From NCBI GenBank assembly GCA_025353985.1, contig JANXNT010000696.1, positions 1-39,924 of the forward strand: 39,924 bases of DNA. Reading direction: 5' to 3'. The translations under genes and the position numbers were made by a program. The DNA is from Limnoglobus sp. (lineage in GTDB: Bacteria; Planctomycetota; Planctomycetia; Gemmatales; Gemmataceae). This document shows positions 9,207-18,827 of the stretch, piece after piece. The notes beneath the pieces are model-generated. The model worked only from the letters and a program-made list of their open reading frames with translations, was not told the origin of the DNA and ran no database searches. Position 1 is the first letter of the stretch, and each line of letters opens with the position of its first letter.

Positions 9207-10470
9207 TGGTCAATCCTTTCTGGCTGCGGCCTCCGGGAGGGCCGAATATTTCTCGCAGCCTGCGGTAAAAGACGAACAGGTTATGAAAGCCGCGGCGGCG
9301 GTTGCGCTCAGCCCCGCGGAACATCATGACGTGGATGCCGAGCCGCCTGCATATCTCGCAGGGGCAGGCCCTCCACGGCAGGTCCCGGAGAATCTCGGCG
9401 TAGGTGGCCGACCGGTCAGTCCGCCCGTCGTGGACGAGCTCGTACGCGCGCAGGGCGGAGACGACTTCCTCGGCCTGGCACTCACCCTGGTCGAACCGCT
9501 CCAGCGCGTCGATGCACCCGCGTTCGAGCCGGCGCGCCTCCGTCTGATTCACTTCGCCCGCCGTGATGCGGTTGCGCATCTTCGCGTTTCCCTCGATCTG
9601 GGGTACCCGCAGGGCGCAATACGTCCGCCCGGCTGTGTAGTAGTTGTCTTTGTCGTCCTTGAACGCCTGCCGAAGGGGCGAGGTGCTGTCGAAGCTCACG
9701 ACGCCCAGCCTGCGGAACTCCTCGATGCGATCAAGCCGCGTCACGCCGAGGAGGTGGACGGAAACGTCAGGCCGCAGGATGGGCTTGACCTTCTGGAGGC
9801 ACGCGAGGATCTCGTGCGACTTAAGCGGCACCATCCCGCCCATGGCGACGTAACGGTAGCCGAGGTTCTGGAGTTCCTCGACGGCCCGCGCGTAGGACGC
9901 CGGGCTCCACCCCTGCGCTATGCCCACGGGGGTAAACCGGCAGGCCTGGCCCTGTGAGAGCCGCATGAACTCTTCCGCCAGTTCGAAGGTAATTTGCTGC
10001 CGCTCCCGCCACTCCTCCGGGACTGCCTCAATCCCCGGCAGCGCGGCATCGAGTTCGGCGTTGTACCCGAGGATGACGTGGTCGACGGACAGACCGTAGT
10101 CGAAGCCGCACTGGATGTAGAAGTCGATGACCTCCCGGGCGGAGAAAGGTGGGCGTTTCTCGCGGACGTAACTGAACGCCCCGCAATCCCCCATCGTCTC
10201 GAGCTTGATGTCGCCGAGTCGGAAAAACTCACGCACCCCGACTCGCAGGAGCCTGTGCCGCTGGGCGACGGTGTATCGGCCGCTCGACTCGCCGCCGGTG
10301 CCGTCGACGATCCCCTTCGAGACCAGGATCCCGTCGTAAGGCGGCGCCGCGAAAATTTCGTGCGGGTACTGGTCGTCGCGTTGCCGGATTCGGCTCTCGG
10401 ATCGGGTCTCGGTGCGGAAGTCGAAACTCGGATCGACCAGGTCCTGGCTGTCGGGGAAGAAGAACTTCAT
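9193..10470 (-). CDS. dpdA: DNA 7-deazaguanine transglycosylase (TGT paralog)
   Basis: Starts 'MKFFFPDSQD' (ATG overlaps the upstream TGA). TGT-like motifs 'MGDCGAFSY', 'GIAQGW', 'AMGGMVP', 'HLLGV', 'SFDSTS', and a Zn site 'CPCEIC...GFHN'. Confidence 0.9.
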   Translation of the reverse strand: MKFFFPDSQDLVDPSFDFRTETRSESRIRQRDDQYPHEIFAAPPYDGILVSKGIVDGTGGESSGRYTVAQRHRLLRVGVREFFRLGDIKLETMGDCGAFSYVREKRPPFSAREVIDFYIQCGFDYGLSVDHVILGYNAELDAALPGIEAVPEEWRERQQITFELAEEFMRLSQGQACRFTPVGIAQGWSPASYARAVEELQNLGYRYVAMGGMVPLKSHEILACLQKVKPILRPDVSVHLLGVTRLDRIEEFRRLGVVSFDSTSPLRQAFKDDKDNYYTAGRTYCALRVPQIEGNAKMRNRITAGEVNQTEARRLERGCIDALERFDQGECQAEEVVSALRAYELVHDGRTDRSATYAEILRDLPWRACPCEICRRLGIHVMMFRGAERNRRRGFHNLFVFYRRLREIFGPPGGRSQKGLTNVAR

Positions 10471-11603
10471 GTCGTTGCCTCCCGCGCCTGGTGGTAAGCA
10501 CGCACGAGAAAGCTTGACAGCATCCGCAGGTGCCGCGGGACGTTCTGCACTTCCCGCCATTCGAGGCCGATCTCCTCCCAGCGGCCGGAGGTCCAGCGGC
10601 ACACCGGGGCCACCGTAGCGACCTCGGCGCGGAGGCGGTCGCGGAACTCGGGGTCGCCGGGTGAGAGGCCCGAGACAACCCGGTCCATCAGCCTTCCCAT
10701 CGCGCGGATGCCGGTGCCGTGCATCAGGCGGCTCTGTGCGGGAGGGCGGCCCCATGCGTCGGGGAAGGTGGCGCGGACGGCGGACCAGTAGGAGAGTAGG
10801 ACTCGCCAGACCCCGTCCGTTTCCGTCTCGCCGGACGAGATATTGTGGTAGGGGAACAGGCACCCCGCCGGGCTGATGAGACTTTCTTCAAGCATGTTGA
10901 CCACCGAGGCGTCGGCGACGACGGCCGCCCGCCTCCGGGCCGGCGGGGTCGAGGCGCGCCGGATCAGCCCGTGGAAAGGGGAGGCCGGGTCGCGGTTGAG
11001 GAGGTCCGCCAGGGCGGCCGGGATCCTCTTCGACGAGAGGTTGCGGGGCAGCGGCCCCGTGACCTCGGGCTGCAGTTCTGTGATTAGCCCGCGCGGCAGG
11101 GGCTTCGTGTTGTTCACGCGGAGGGACTGGTCCCGCTGCACCCCCACGTCCTCGGCGATGAAGGCGTTGACCGGCACCGGCCACGAGGACCGGGTGGACT
11201 CCATGAGCGCGGTGGCGCGCTGCTGGCCGTCCACGATCCAGCCAATCTTGACCTCGCCCTCCTTCGGCAGCGGGAGCGACAGGACGCCGGCGGTCGCGTC
11301 GTCGATCGGGTCCGCACCGTCGATCGGCCGGAACGTGGCCGCCTGGGAGAACGCCACTACGAGGGAGTTCGGGAGCAGCACGTCGTCGGTGTTCAGGTAC
11401 GCGACGATTTCCTGAATGTGGCGGCGGACCTCGCCCCGCTGGTGGCCGAGGAGGCCGCCGCCTTCGCTCCGGCCGATCCTGGAGATGTCGGCCACCGACA
11501 TCAGTTCCTGCGCGGTGAGGCTGAACTGGTACAGCGGGCGGGCGGCGTTTTGATCCAGACGGAGGGCGATTTTTCGCGGGTAACGCCTTCGTTTGTCAGC
11601 CAT
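10467..11603 (-). CDS. dpdB: DGQHR/DndB-like protein DpdB (copy 1)
   Basis: 'GWIVDGQQR', 'RVNNTKPLPRGLITE', 'SRLMHGTGI'; clear paralog of 8007-9206. A GGAG-rich RBS precedes the ATG at 11603. Confidence 0.82.
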   Translation of the reverse strand: MADKRRRYPRKIALRLDQNAARPLYQFSLTAQELMSVADISRIGRSEGGGLLGHQRGEVRRHIQEIVAYLNTDDVLLPNSLVVAFSQAATFRPIDGADPIDDATAGVLSLPLPKEGEVKIGWIVDGQQRATALMESTRSSWPVPVNAFIAEDVGVQRDQSLRVNNTKPLPRGLITELQPEVTGPLPRNLSSKRIPAALADLLNRDPASPFHGLIRRASTPPARRRAAVVADASVVNMLEESLISPAGCLFPYHNISSGETETDGVWRVLLSYWSAVRATFPDAWGRPPAQSRLMHGTGIRAMGRLMDRVVSGLSPGDPEFRDRLRAEVATVAPVCRWTSGRWEEIGLEWREVQNVPRHLRMLSSFLVRAYHQAREATT

Positions 11604-12570
11604 CTCCGCCCTCCTCCTCGCCGGAACTCCCCCGGACCCGCCGGTAGATCGCGCCGAAGCGCGCGTCCTCGCAGGCGCGTCCGCCGTCTCGCAGTCGGCG
11701 CAGCATGGGGGTCGGCCTGAGGCCGGGGTCGCCCGCGAGGGCGTGACGGATGTATGACTCGACCGCGTCGTCTTGAAGCGACTCTTTCGCATGCCGGGTG
11801 GGCCGGATCCTTCCCTCCAGCAGTGTCGAAAACAGTCGCGACGTCGCTGCCCGGCCGCGTAAGGAGCCGCGATGTTCGAGGGCGTAACGCATGCAGCGCA
11901 CGTTGAGCGAGACAAGCGCACCGCCGAGGACCTCTTGGAGGCGGGCGTCGGCCGGGATAAGGTGATCAGAGAGAAAGTGCCCGACCTGCGCCCCGGCGCT
12001 GAAAATGGTGAGGCGCTCACGCCCTGCCTCGTCCAGTCGGGCGAAGTCGCCGGTCATTGCGTCGAGGTACTGGGGAGAGGCGGCGATCAGGATCGCGCTG
12101 TCCTTGTGTTCTCGCGCCAGTGCGTCGAGGGTTCGGGCTTTGCCGGGTGCCGGCCCCTCCCACTCGGAGAGAGCGTTCCACCAGGCGACGGCCTCGGCCC
12201 TCGCCGCTCCGGGGTGTTGTCCCGATCGACCCTGCGAAACCGAGTCGGGGTGGTTAGGGGAAAAGGTCGCCGCGTAGGGATGAAGCGGGGCGGAAAGGGG
12301 GACGAGTCCGTAACCGGCCGAGCAGACATAGATCCTCATTCGGTGCCGTCGCTGGTAGGCCGCGGAAGTGAGGGACCGGACAACCTGCCAGTGGTCACCG
12401 CAGTAGAGCGATTCGGCGGTGACTAGGTCGGTCCCGGATCGCTGTACCTTCTTCAGCCATGCCTTAGCGCGGGCGGTGGCGGTACCGGGGCCGAGGGTGC
12501 GCACGGTGAGCGCGGAGGGCGGCGCGACCGTCTTCCGGTTTGTGCAGGTTACAATGGCAAGCACGTCCAC
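11596..12570 (-). CDS. dpdC: DpdC-like protein (YaaA/DUF328-like N-terminus, C-terminal helical domain)
   Basis: 'IVTCTNRK', 'AESLYCGDHW', 'CSAGYGLV', 'PYAATF'; first gene of the dpdB/dpdA operon. The GTG start is inferred from an upstream GGAGGA. Confidence 0.75.
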   Translation of the reverse strand: MDVLAIVTCTNRKTVAPPSALTVRTLGPGTATARAKAWLKKVQRSGTDLVTAESLYCGDHWQVVRSLTSAAYQRRHRMRIYVCSAGYGLVPLSAPLHPYAATFSPNHPDSVSQGRSGQHPGAARAEAVAWWNALSEWEGPAPGKARTLDALAREHKDSAILIAASPQYLDAMTGDFARLDEAGRERLTIFSAGAQVGHFLSDHLIPADARLQEVLGGALVSLNVRCMRYALEHRGSLRGRAATSRLFSTLLEGRIRPTRHAKESLQDDAVESYIRHALAGDPGLRPTPMLRRLRDGGRACEDARFGAIYRRVRGSSGEEEGGDG

Positions 12571-12813
12571 CCCCAAAGCGTCCTCCGCAGTTCGGTGCCA
12601 GGGACTAGCCCATGATTGGGTACATTCTAAAAGGTCCGAGGCCCGGCAGCTAGTGCAACGTGCAAGCGCCGTGAGCACGCTGTTTTCAATATCGGTCGGG
12701 CCGGAGATGAGGATTGGGAGAACGTGGCAGCCGGATCCTCCGGCCATCAGAGTCGCCCTTGCAGAAGTTTCAGGCTCTTTTATCGCTACGCGGGGCGTTT
12801 TCGACCTTAAATA
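12571..12813. promoter_or_regulatory. Divergent promoter region between the modification and restriction operons
   Basis: AT-richer gap between head-to-head operons, with -10-like hexamers (TACATT ~12621, TAAAT/AATAAT ~12808-12815). Exact promoters are not resolved. Confidence 0.45.
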
Positions 12814-15800
12814 ATGCTGGGTTACTTAGCTAGGCGTTTAAGCACTGCTAGCCCAATGCCTGGAGTGACATCGGAACTCCCCGGTGCTTGTCGTCACGGT
12901 GCGGAGGGGCCCATTAGCGCGAGCAACGTAAGAATCGGTTCGTTCGTCTGGGCTTCCGGCGCGTTGAAAATGCGTGGAATCGGGAAAGTGCTGGACCGCG
13001 CGTCGGGCACCGCGCGGGTCGAGTACTTCTACTCGATCTCAAACCGCGTCGTCGAGACGGTGGAAGAGTCGCAAGTCAATGTAATAAAATCAGTTGCGCC
13101 GCAAACTCGGTGCTACGTTGCCCTCGAAGGCGGCCGGTGGTTGATGGGCCGCCTCGGCCGCCTGGTGGACGCGGAGTACGAGGTCTTCTCTCGCCAAGGC
13201 GGCGTGCGGTTCCTCCACCAGTCCCTGATATACGTCCGCTGCCTCGCCCCCATCGACGACCCCATCGAGACGCTCGTCCACAAGGGGCACGAGACACCGT
13301 TCTTCCATGACCGCCGGTTCCGGTTCGTGCGCTCGCTCGTCCGGCAGCGCGCCGCCTGCAGGGGCATGACCGGCCTCGTCTCGTCGCGGATCCGCCTCTT
13401 TCCCCACCAAGTGGAGGTCGCCCGCCGCGTGTTGGAGGACCCGGTCCAGCGGTACTTGCTCGCGGACGAGGTTGGCCTGGGCAAAACCGTCGAGGCCGGG
13501 GTGATCCTCCGGCAGCACCTGATCGACTCCCGCGACGGCCGCGTGCTCGTACTCGTCCCGCCGATGCTCGCAGACCAGTGGTCGGAGGAACTTGAATCGA
13601 AATTCCAAGTCTCGCGTTTCGGCGAAGGCCGCGTGCTGGTGCGTGGCACCGACGCTGTCCGGAAGGCCTCGGGTGAAGGCCCTTTCCACCTCGTCGTGAT
13701 AGACGAGGCCCAGCACGTCGCCGCCCTCGCCTCCTCGGCGCTGCCCGGCGACCGGGGCCTTTACGGCGAGTTCCAGTCGCTGTGCGGGGATACGCGCTGT
13801 CTCCTCCTCCTCTCTGCGACTCCGGTGCTCAACAACGAGCGCGACTTCCTGGCCATGCTCCACCTCCTGGACCCCGCCACCTACGACCTCAACGACCTGG
13901 AAGGGTTCCGGGCGCGGGTGCGTAACCGCCAGGAGGTCGGGCATGTGCTGCTGTCGCTCCAGGAAGGTAGCCCCGCCTACGTCATCGGCCCAAGCGTCGA
14001 GCGGGTACGAACGCTCTTCCCCTACGACGCCCTGCTCGCCCGCTTGGCTGGTGAATTGGAGGCTACGGTCGCCGGCGAGGTCGTTGACGATGCGGCGCGA
14101 GACCGGGCCATCAGGGCGCTGCGCGTCCACGTCAGCGAAACTTACCGTCTTCACCGGCGGATGCTTCGAAGCCGCCGGACCGACCTGCAGGGGGTCGAGT
14201 TATTGGGAAGGGCCACAGTCGGCACCTCCGACCGGACGCCGCGGATTCTGGAGCACGACCTCGACGGCCGTTCCGCCCGCTTGCACGCGCTGCTCGACGA
14301 CTGGCGGGACGGCGCGGCTGCGGCCTGTGTTCGCCAAGTCAACGCGGACCGCGACGGGCACGAACCCTCGATCGTGCGAGTTTTTGCAGTTTTGCTACAG
14401 TGCTCCGGCACCTGGCTCGAACTGCTCCGCGAGGCGGTGGAGATCCGGTTAGGGCGGGCGGACACCGGGCCGTCCCTCGGAGACATTCTGGCGGACGACC
14501 TGAAGGATCTCCGCCACGCGGAGCAATTCGCGGGGGAGCGCGAGATCCTCGAAGCCATGCTGGAGGTCCTTGCCGAGGAACCCGAAGACGGGGACCGCAT
14601 AGACCTGCTCGCGGCGTCGCTCGCCAACGTGCGGAAGGCGGCGCGCGGCTCACAACTGTTCAAGTGCGTTGTTTTCACGGGCCACACCGCGGTTTGCCAC
14701 CACATCGTCAGGCGGCTTCGCTCAGACTTCGGGGAACCGGCCGTCGCCGCCTATCATCGCGGGCTAGCGCTAGGAGAAATCGAGGCCGCCGTCCGGCGAT
14801 TCCGTAACCACCCGGCTTGCTTCGTGCTCGTCTGCGACGGGTCGGGCGAGGAAGGGAGGAACCTCCAGTTCGCCGAACGCGTCGTCCACTTCGACCTCCC
14901 GCTCGCCCCCAACCGGATGGAGCAGCGGATCGGGAGGCTCGACCGCATCGGCCGCGACCGCCAGGTGCGCTCGACCATCCTCATAGGTCCGGAATGCAAC
15001 GGCTCCCTCTTCGCTGCCTGGTACGCGGTTCTTGATCAAGGTTTCGGGGTTTTCGACCGGTCGATCGCCGGCCTTCAGTTCTACGTCGAGGAGGCGGTGG
15101 CCGGGCTACTCGGCCGCGCCTTCCGCGACGGGGCCGAGGGCCTGGTCGCCAGTGTGGCAACCGTCCGCCTGGGCTGCGACGAGGAGCGGGAGCGCGTTGA
15201 CGAGCAGGACGCGCTCGACGCCATCGACGCCTTCGACCAGGACGCCGTCTCCTGCTTCGCCTCCGTCGAGACGATGGAGGCCGATTACGCCGCGGCCGAG
15301 GCGGACATGCACGCCTGGGTCGGCGAGGCGCTCATGTTCCGCCGGGACCAGGACTTCTACCGGCAGGAGCGTACCACGCTGTACGCTCCGGATGTGAACG
15401 TCCACGGCGTGTTGCGGACGCTCGTGCCCAGCGACTGGCTCCAGCACCGCCTCGCCCGGCACATCGAGCGGCCCGGGGCGTTCGACCGCGCCGTCGCACT
15501 CCGCGTCGAGGGGACACCCGTATTGCGGATCGGCGAGGGGTTCGTCGATGCCATGGCGAATTACCTGCGGTGGGACGACCGCGGCCAGTCGTTCGCCCTC
15601 TGGCGGTGCGCCGAGGGGTGGGACGCCGCCGAGGGGGCCGAGTGGGTCGGGTTCCGCTTCAACTATGTCGTCTCAGCCGACCTCCGGGAGGCCCGTCGCT
15701 TCCTCGCCGAACAGGGCCACCACGGGGACGCCTCGCGACCCCTTCAGCGGCGGGCGGACGCGCTGCTCCCGCCGCTCACCGAGACGGTCTTCCTCGACAC

Positions 15801-16254
15801 CGACTGCCGCCCGGTGACCGACCAGGGTCTGCTTGCCATCCTCGGGCGGCCTTACCACTCTGCCGACAAGGGCGGCCGGGACTATAACCTCGCCAACGAG
15901 CGTGTCGGCGTTATCGACCAACTGGTCCCGCCATCCATCTGGCCGTCTTTGTGTTCGCGCGTTCGCGAGGCCTCGGTCGTCGAAGTGCTGGGCCGCGGCG
16001 AACCGCCTTTGCAGGAGCGTTGCGAGGGATTTGCGCGGCGCGCCGAGGCACTGATCGCCGCCCGGGTCGAGCAGCTACGCCTCCGCGTGGAGTGCGGGGC
16101 CGGCGCGGACGTCGGCGACCCGGCAGCCGAGGAGTCGGTCGGCCGGGCGATCGTCTGCGGCATACGGGCACCTGAACTCAGGCTCGATTCAGTAGGCTTT
16201 CTGGTCGTCTCCGGCCGCCCCCCTGACTTCCCCCCACCGCAGGGGGATTTATGA
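12814..16254 (+). CDS. dpdE: SNF2/RapA-like helicase DpdE (true start uncertain, 12814-12970)
   Basis: 'LLADEVGLGKTVEAG', 'DEAQH', 'LLSATP', 'EGRNLQ', 'EQRIGRLDRIG'; first gene of the E-K-D operon. Confidence 0.85.
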   Translation: MLGYLARRLSTASPMPGVTSELPGACRHGAEGPISASNVRIGSFVWASGALKMRGIGKVLDRASGTARVEYFYSISNRVVETVEESQVNVIKSVAPQTRCYVALEGGRWLMGRLGRLVDAEYEVFSRQGGVRFLHQSLIYVRCLAPIDDPIETLVHKGHETPFFHDRRFRFVRSLVRQRAACRGMTGLVSSRIRLFPHQVEVARRVLEDPVQRYLLADEVGLGKTVEAGVILRQHLIDSRDGRVLVLVPPMLADQWSEELESKFQVSRFGEGRVLVRGTDAVRKASGEGPFHLVVIDEAQHVAALASSALPGDRGLYGEFQSLCGDTRCLLLLSATPVLNNERDFLAMLHLLDPATYDLNDLEGFRARVRNRQEVGHVLLSLQEGSPAYVIGPSVERVRTLFPYDALLARLAGELEATVAGEVVDDAARDRAIRALRVHVSETYRLHRRMLRSRRTDLQGVELLGRATVGTSDRTPRILEHDLDGRSARLHALLDDWRDGAAAACVRQVNADRDGHEPSIVRVFAVLLQCSGTWLELLREAVEIRLGRADTGPSLGDILADDLKDLRHAEQFAGEREILEAMLEVLAEEPEDGDRIDLLAASLANVRKAARGSQLFKCVVFTGHTAVCHHIVRRLRSDFGEPAVAAYHRGLALGEIEAAVRRFRNHPACFVLVCDGSGEEGRNLQFAERVVHFDLPLAPNRMEQRIGRLDRIGRDRQVRSTILIGPECNGSLFAAWYAVLDQGFGVFDRSIAGLQFYVEEAVAGLLGRAFRDGAEGLVASVATVRLGCDEERERVDEQDALDAIDAFDQDAVSCFASVETMEADYAAAEADMHAWVGEALMFRRDQDFYRQERTTLYAPDVNVHGVLRTLVPSDWLQHRLARHIERPGAFDRAVALRVEGTPVLRIGEGFVDAMANYLRWDDRGQSFALWRCAEGWDAAEGAEWVGFRFNYVVSADLREARRFLAEQGHHGDASRPLQRRADALLPPLTETVFLDTDCRPVTDQGLLAILGRPYHSADKGGRDYNLANERVGVIDQLVPPSIWPSLCSRVREASVVEVLGRGEPPLQERCEGFARRAEALIAARVEQLRLRVECGAGADVGDPAAEESVGRAIVCGIRAPELRLDSVGFLVVSGRPPDFPPPQGDL

Positions 16255-18827
16255 TCGACCCATTTCTGCAACTGGCCGACGTGCTCGCCGGCCGCTCAGA
16301 GATTCCCGAAGCGGGTGGCGGGGCCTACCGCCGGATCTACCGCGCGCTCCGTAGCCTCCGCGGCGACGGGGCATACGCCCCCGGCACGGCGGACCTCGCG
16401 GCCCTCACCCGGCAGGTGCTGCGCTTCGAGCAGGAGCGGCAGGGCGGCAACTCGCCCCTGCTCGCCATCACGTCTGCCTCCCCTTGGCCCCGCCCCGACG
16501 AGTGCGAGTTGTTCGGGCTGGAGGTGATTCGATCGACGACGGCTGACACCACCTTACGTTCCGCTCGGTGGACACCCTCATGGGTGCCCGGTTCGGACTA
16601 CGAGCCCGTGGACCGCGAGGCCGCGGCCTTGGCCGAGAAGCGCGACTACGGCGAGCAACCCCCGGCCGACCCGTTTCTCGACCGGATCCCCTCGTACCCC
16701 CGCTACTACTCCGCCGGACAGCGGGAGGCGGTCCGGGCGGTTCTCACTGCCCCGAGCGGGGCTACGCTGGTAATCAACCTCCCCACCGGAGCCGGGAAGA
16801 GCTTGGCCGCCTACCTCCCCGCCCTCCTCGATCCGGCGGGCCTCACCGTGGTCGTCGTCCCCACGACCGCCCTCGCGATCGACCAGGGGCGCGCCGTCGA
16901 GGCTCTGGTCGGCCACCCGGCCGCATACCACGGCGGGCAGGACGAGTCGTCTTCGGAGAGGGACTGGGGGATCCGGTCCCGCATCAAGGCCGGAACCCAG
17001 AGGATCGTATTCGCCTCCCCGGAGGCGCTGCTCCGCTCGCTCGCAGCGCCGCTTTACGCTTCCGCCGAGCGGGGCATGTTGCGGATGCTGGCGATCGACG
17101 AGGCGCACATCGTCGATCAGTGGGGGGACGAATTCCGCCCGGAGTTCCAGGAACTCGCCGGGATGCGGAGGGTTCTGCTCCGTCGCAGCCCCGGCCCGAA
17201 GCCGGTAACCCTCCTGCTGACCGGCACCATGACCGAGCCGTGCCTTGACACGCTGGAGGCGTTGTTCGGCCGGCCCGGCCCGTTCGGGGTGGTGTCGGCA
17301 GCCCAACTGCGGCCCGAGCCGTCCTACTGGGTAGCCCGTTGCGCCGACGCGGCCTCCCGCGAGGAACGGGTGATCGAGGCGCTCCGCCACCTCCCCCGGC
17401 CGCTCGTCCTCTACGTCAGCAAAGTCCAGGACGCGGACGACTGGCTGGCCCGCGCACGCGGCCTGGGGTTCCGACGGTCCGCGGCCGTGACGGGGAAGTC
17501 GCCGGACCGATCCGAGGTCGTCCGGGCGTGGCAGGCGGACGACCTTGACCTCGTCGTCGCGACGTCGGCGTTCGGCCTGGGGATCGACAAGCAGGATGTC
17601 CGGGCGGTGGTCCACGCCTGCCTGCCCGAGCATGTGGACCGCTTCTACCAAGAGGTGGGCCGCGGGGGCAGAGACGGGCGGGCCTGCGTCTCCCTTCTGC
17701 TCACCGCCCCGGAGGATATCGACACCGCCCGGAGGCTGAACCGCAGGACCCTGATCTCGACCGATGAGGACAACGAGAACAAGGGGTACGAGCGGTGGCG
17801 CGTGATGTACGCGGGGCGGACCGATCTGGGCGGCGGCCGGGTGAGCGTCTCGCTGGCCGCCATCCCGGAGTACGGCTTCGGCCGTTTCGAGAACAGCCCG
17901 GCCAACGTCGCCTGGAACCTCAGGACGCTCACGCTGCTGGCTCGCGCGGGCGTGATCGAACTCGACGCGGAGCCCCCGCCGGCCCGGGAGGCGTTCGTGT
18001 GCGAGGGGGGCGAGATCGACGAGGAGCGTCTGCGTGAGGAGATGGAACGCCACCGACTGGAGAAGGTGATCAAGGTGTGCAGCGAGGACCTGCTGGACCT
18101 CCGCGGCACGTGGCGTGGCGGGATCGAGGAGGCCCGCACCCGCTCTTCCCGCGCTGCCGAGCGGGGACTCGGCCTGCTCGTGGGCTTCCTCGACGGTGCC
18201 CGGTGCGCCTCGGAATTGTTTGGCGAGGCGTACGGGGTGGCCGCCCGCGATGGGGAATCGCCCCGGGCGGGCATCTTCGTCTCCGCGAGCTGCGGCGGGT
18301 GCCCCTCGTGCCGCCGGAACGGCCGCGAGCCGTACGCGGGGGCCATGCCCCGCCCCGCGCCCCCGTGGCCCGCCTCCCGTCCCTCGTTTCCCGGCGAACT
18401 GGGCCGGCTGCTCGGCACCGCGGGGGAGGTTTACCTGTTCGACGACCGGCTCGGTGCAGCCGCTGGGGCGGAGCGACAACGCCGCGAGCGGCTCTTCCGC
18501 TACCTTTTGGCCGCGGGCTTCAGGACCGTCGTCGGGCGTCCCGAACGACTCGCGGATGTCCGCCCGCTTTGCGCGGGCGCGGACGCGCCGGTGGTGTTCT
18601 TCGCTGAAGAGTGGGAGCCACTCCACCTGCCCGCGACCCCGGCCATCGTCCTCGACCCCCCGGACCACGCAATCGTCTCACTCCTGGCGGGCGGGGCGAG
18701 GGTTCCGCTGGTCGTCTGGCTCGGTTCGGATAGGCCGGACCCAGGTAAGAGGCACTGCCTGCTTCGGCACACCATTGCGGGCAAGGCGTTCCGACTAGAG
18801 GAGTTTTGCACGGGGGTCGGACTATGA
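16251..18827 (+). CDS. dpdF: RecQ-like helicase DpdF
   Basis: 'LPTGAGKS', 'IDEAH', 'QWGDEFRPEFQ', 'ATSAFGLGIDK', 'FYQEVGRGGRDG'; ATGA overlap with dpdE. Confidence 0.87.
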   Translation: MIDPFLQLADVLAGRSEIPEAGGGAYRRIYRALRSLRGDGAYAPGTADLAALTRQVLRFEQERQGGNSPLLAITSASPWPRPDECELFGLEVIRSTTADTTLRSARWTPSWVPGSDYEPVDREAAALAEKRDYGEQPPADPFLDRIPSYPRYYSAGQREAVRAVLTAPSGATLVINLPTGAGKSLAAYLPALLDPAGLTVVVVPTTALAIDQGRAVEALVGHPAAYHGGQDESSSERDWGIRSRIKAGTQRIVFASPEALLRSLAAPLYASAERGMLRMLAIDEAHIVDQWGDEFRPEFQELAGMRRVLLRRSPGPKPVTLLLTGTMTEPCLDTLEALFGRPGPFGVVSAAQLRPEPSYWVARCADAASREERVIEALRHLPRPLVLYVSKVQDADDWLARARGLGFRRSAAVTGKSPDRSEVVRAWQADDLDLVVATSAFGLGIDKQDVRAVVHACLPEHVDRFYQEVGRGGRDGRACVSLLLTAPEDIDTARRLNRRTLISTDEDNENKGYERWRVMYAGRTDLGGGRVSVSLAAIPEYGFGRFENSPANVAWNLRTLTLLARAGVIELDAEPPPAREAFVCEGGEIDEERLREEMERHRLEKVIKVCSEDLLDLRGTWRGGIEEARTRSSRAAERGLGLLVGFLDGARCASELFGEAYGVAARDGESPRAGIFVSASCGGCPSCRRNGREPYAGAMPRPAPPWPASRPSFPGELGRLLGTAGEVYLFDDRLGAAAGAERQRRERLFRYLLAAGFRTVVGRPERLADVRPLCAGADAPVVFFAEEWEPLHLPATPAIVLDPPDHAIVSLLAGGARVPLVVWLGSDRPDPGKRHCLLRHTIAGKAFRLEEFCTGVGL

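Noticed and set aside
6254-10470. RNA-modification cluster (rluA + queE + tgt for queuosine tRNA)
   Set aside because: The TGT-like protein has DpdA-type features (FFFPDSQD start, DCGAF) and dpdB/dpdC neighbours. rluA is convergent and lies across the compositional boundary.
10471-12020. N-terminal extensions of dpdA (to 10863) and dpdB copy 1 (to 12020) given in the ORF track
   Set aside because: They overlap upstream genes in other frames; internal ATGs with an RBS or stop-start coupling give better starts.
16578-18668. Long antisense ORFs (696 aa here; also 7998-9329, 24738-26210 and others)
   Set aside because: These are shadows of GC-rich coding genes on the opposite strand, with no motifs and biased composition.
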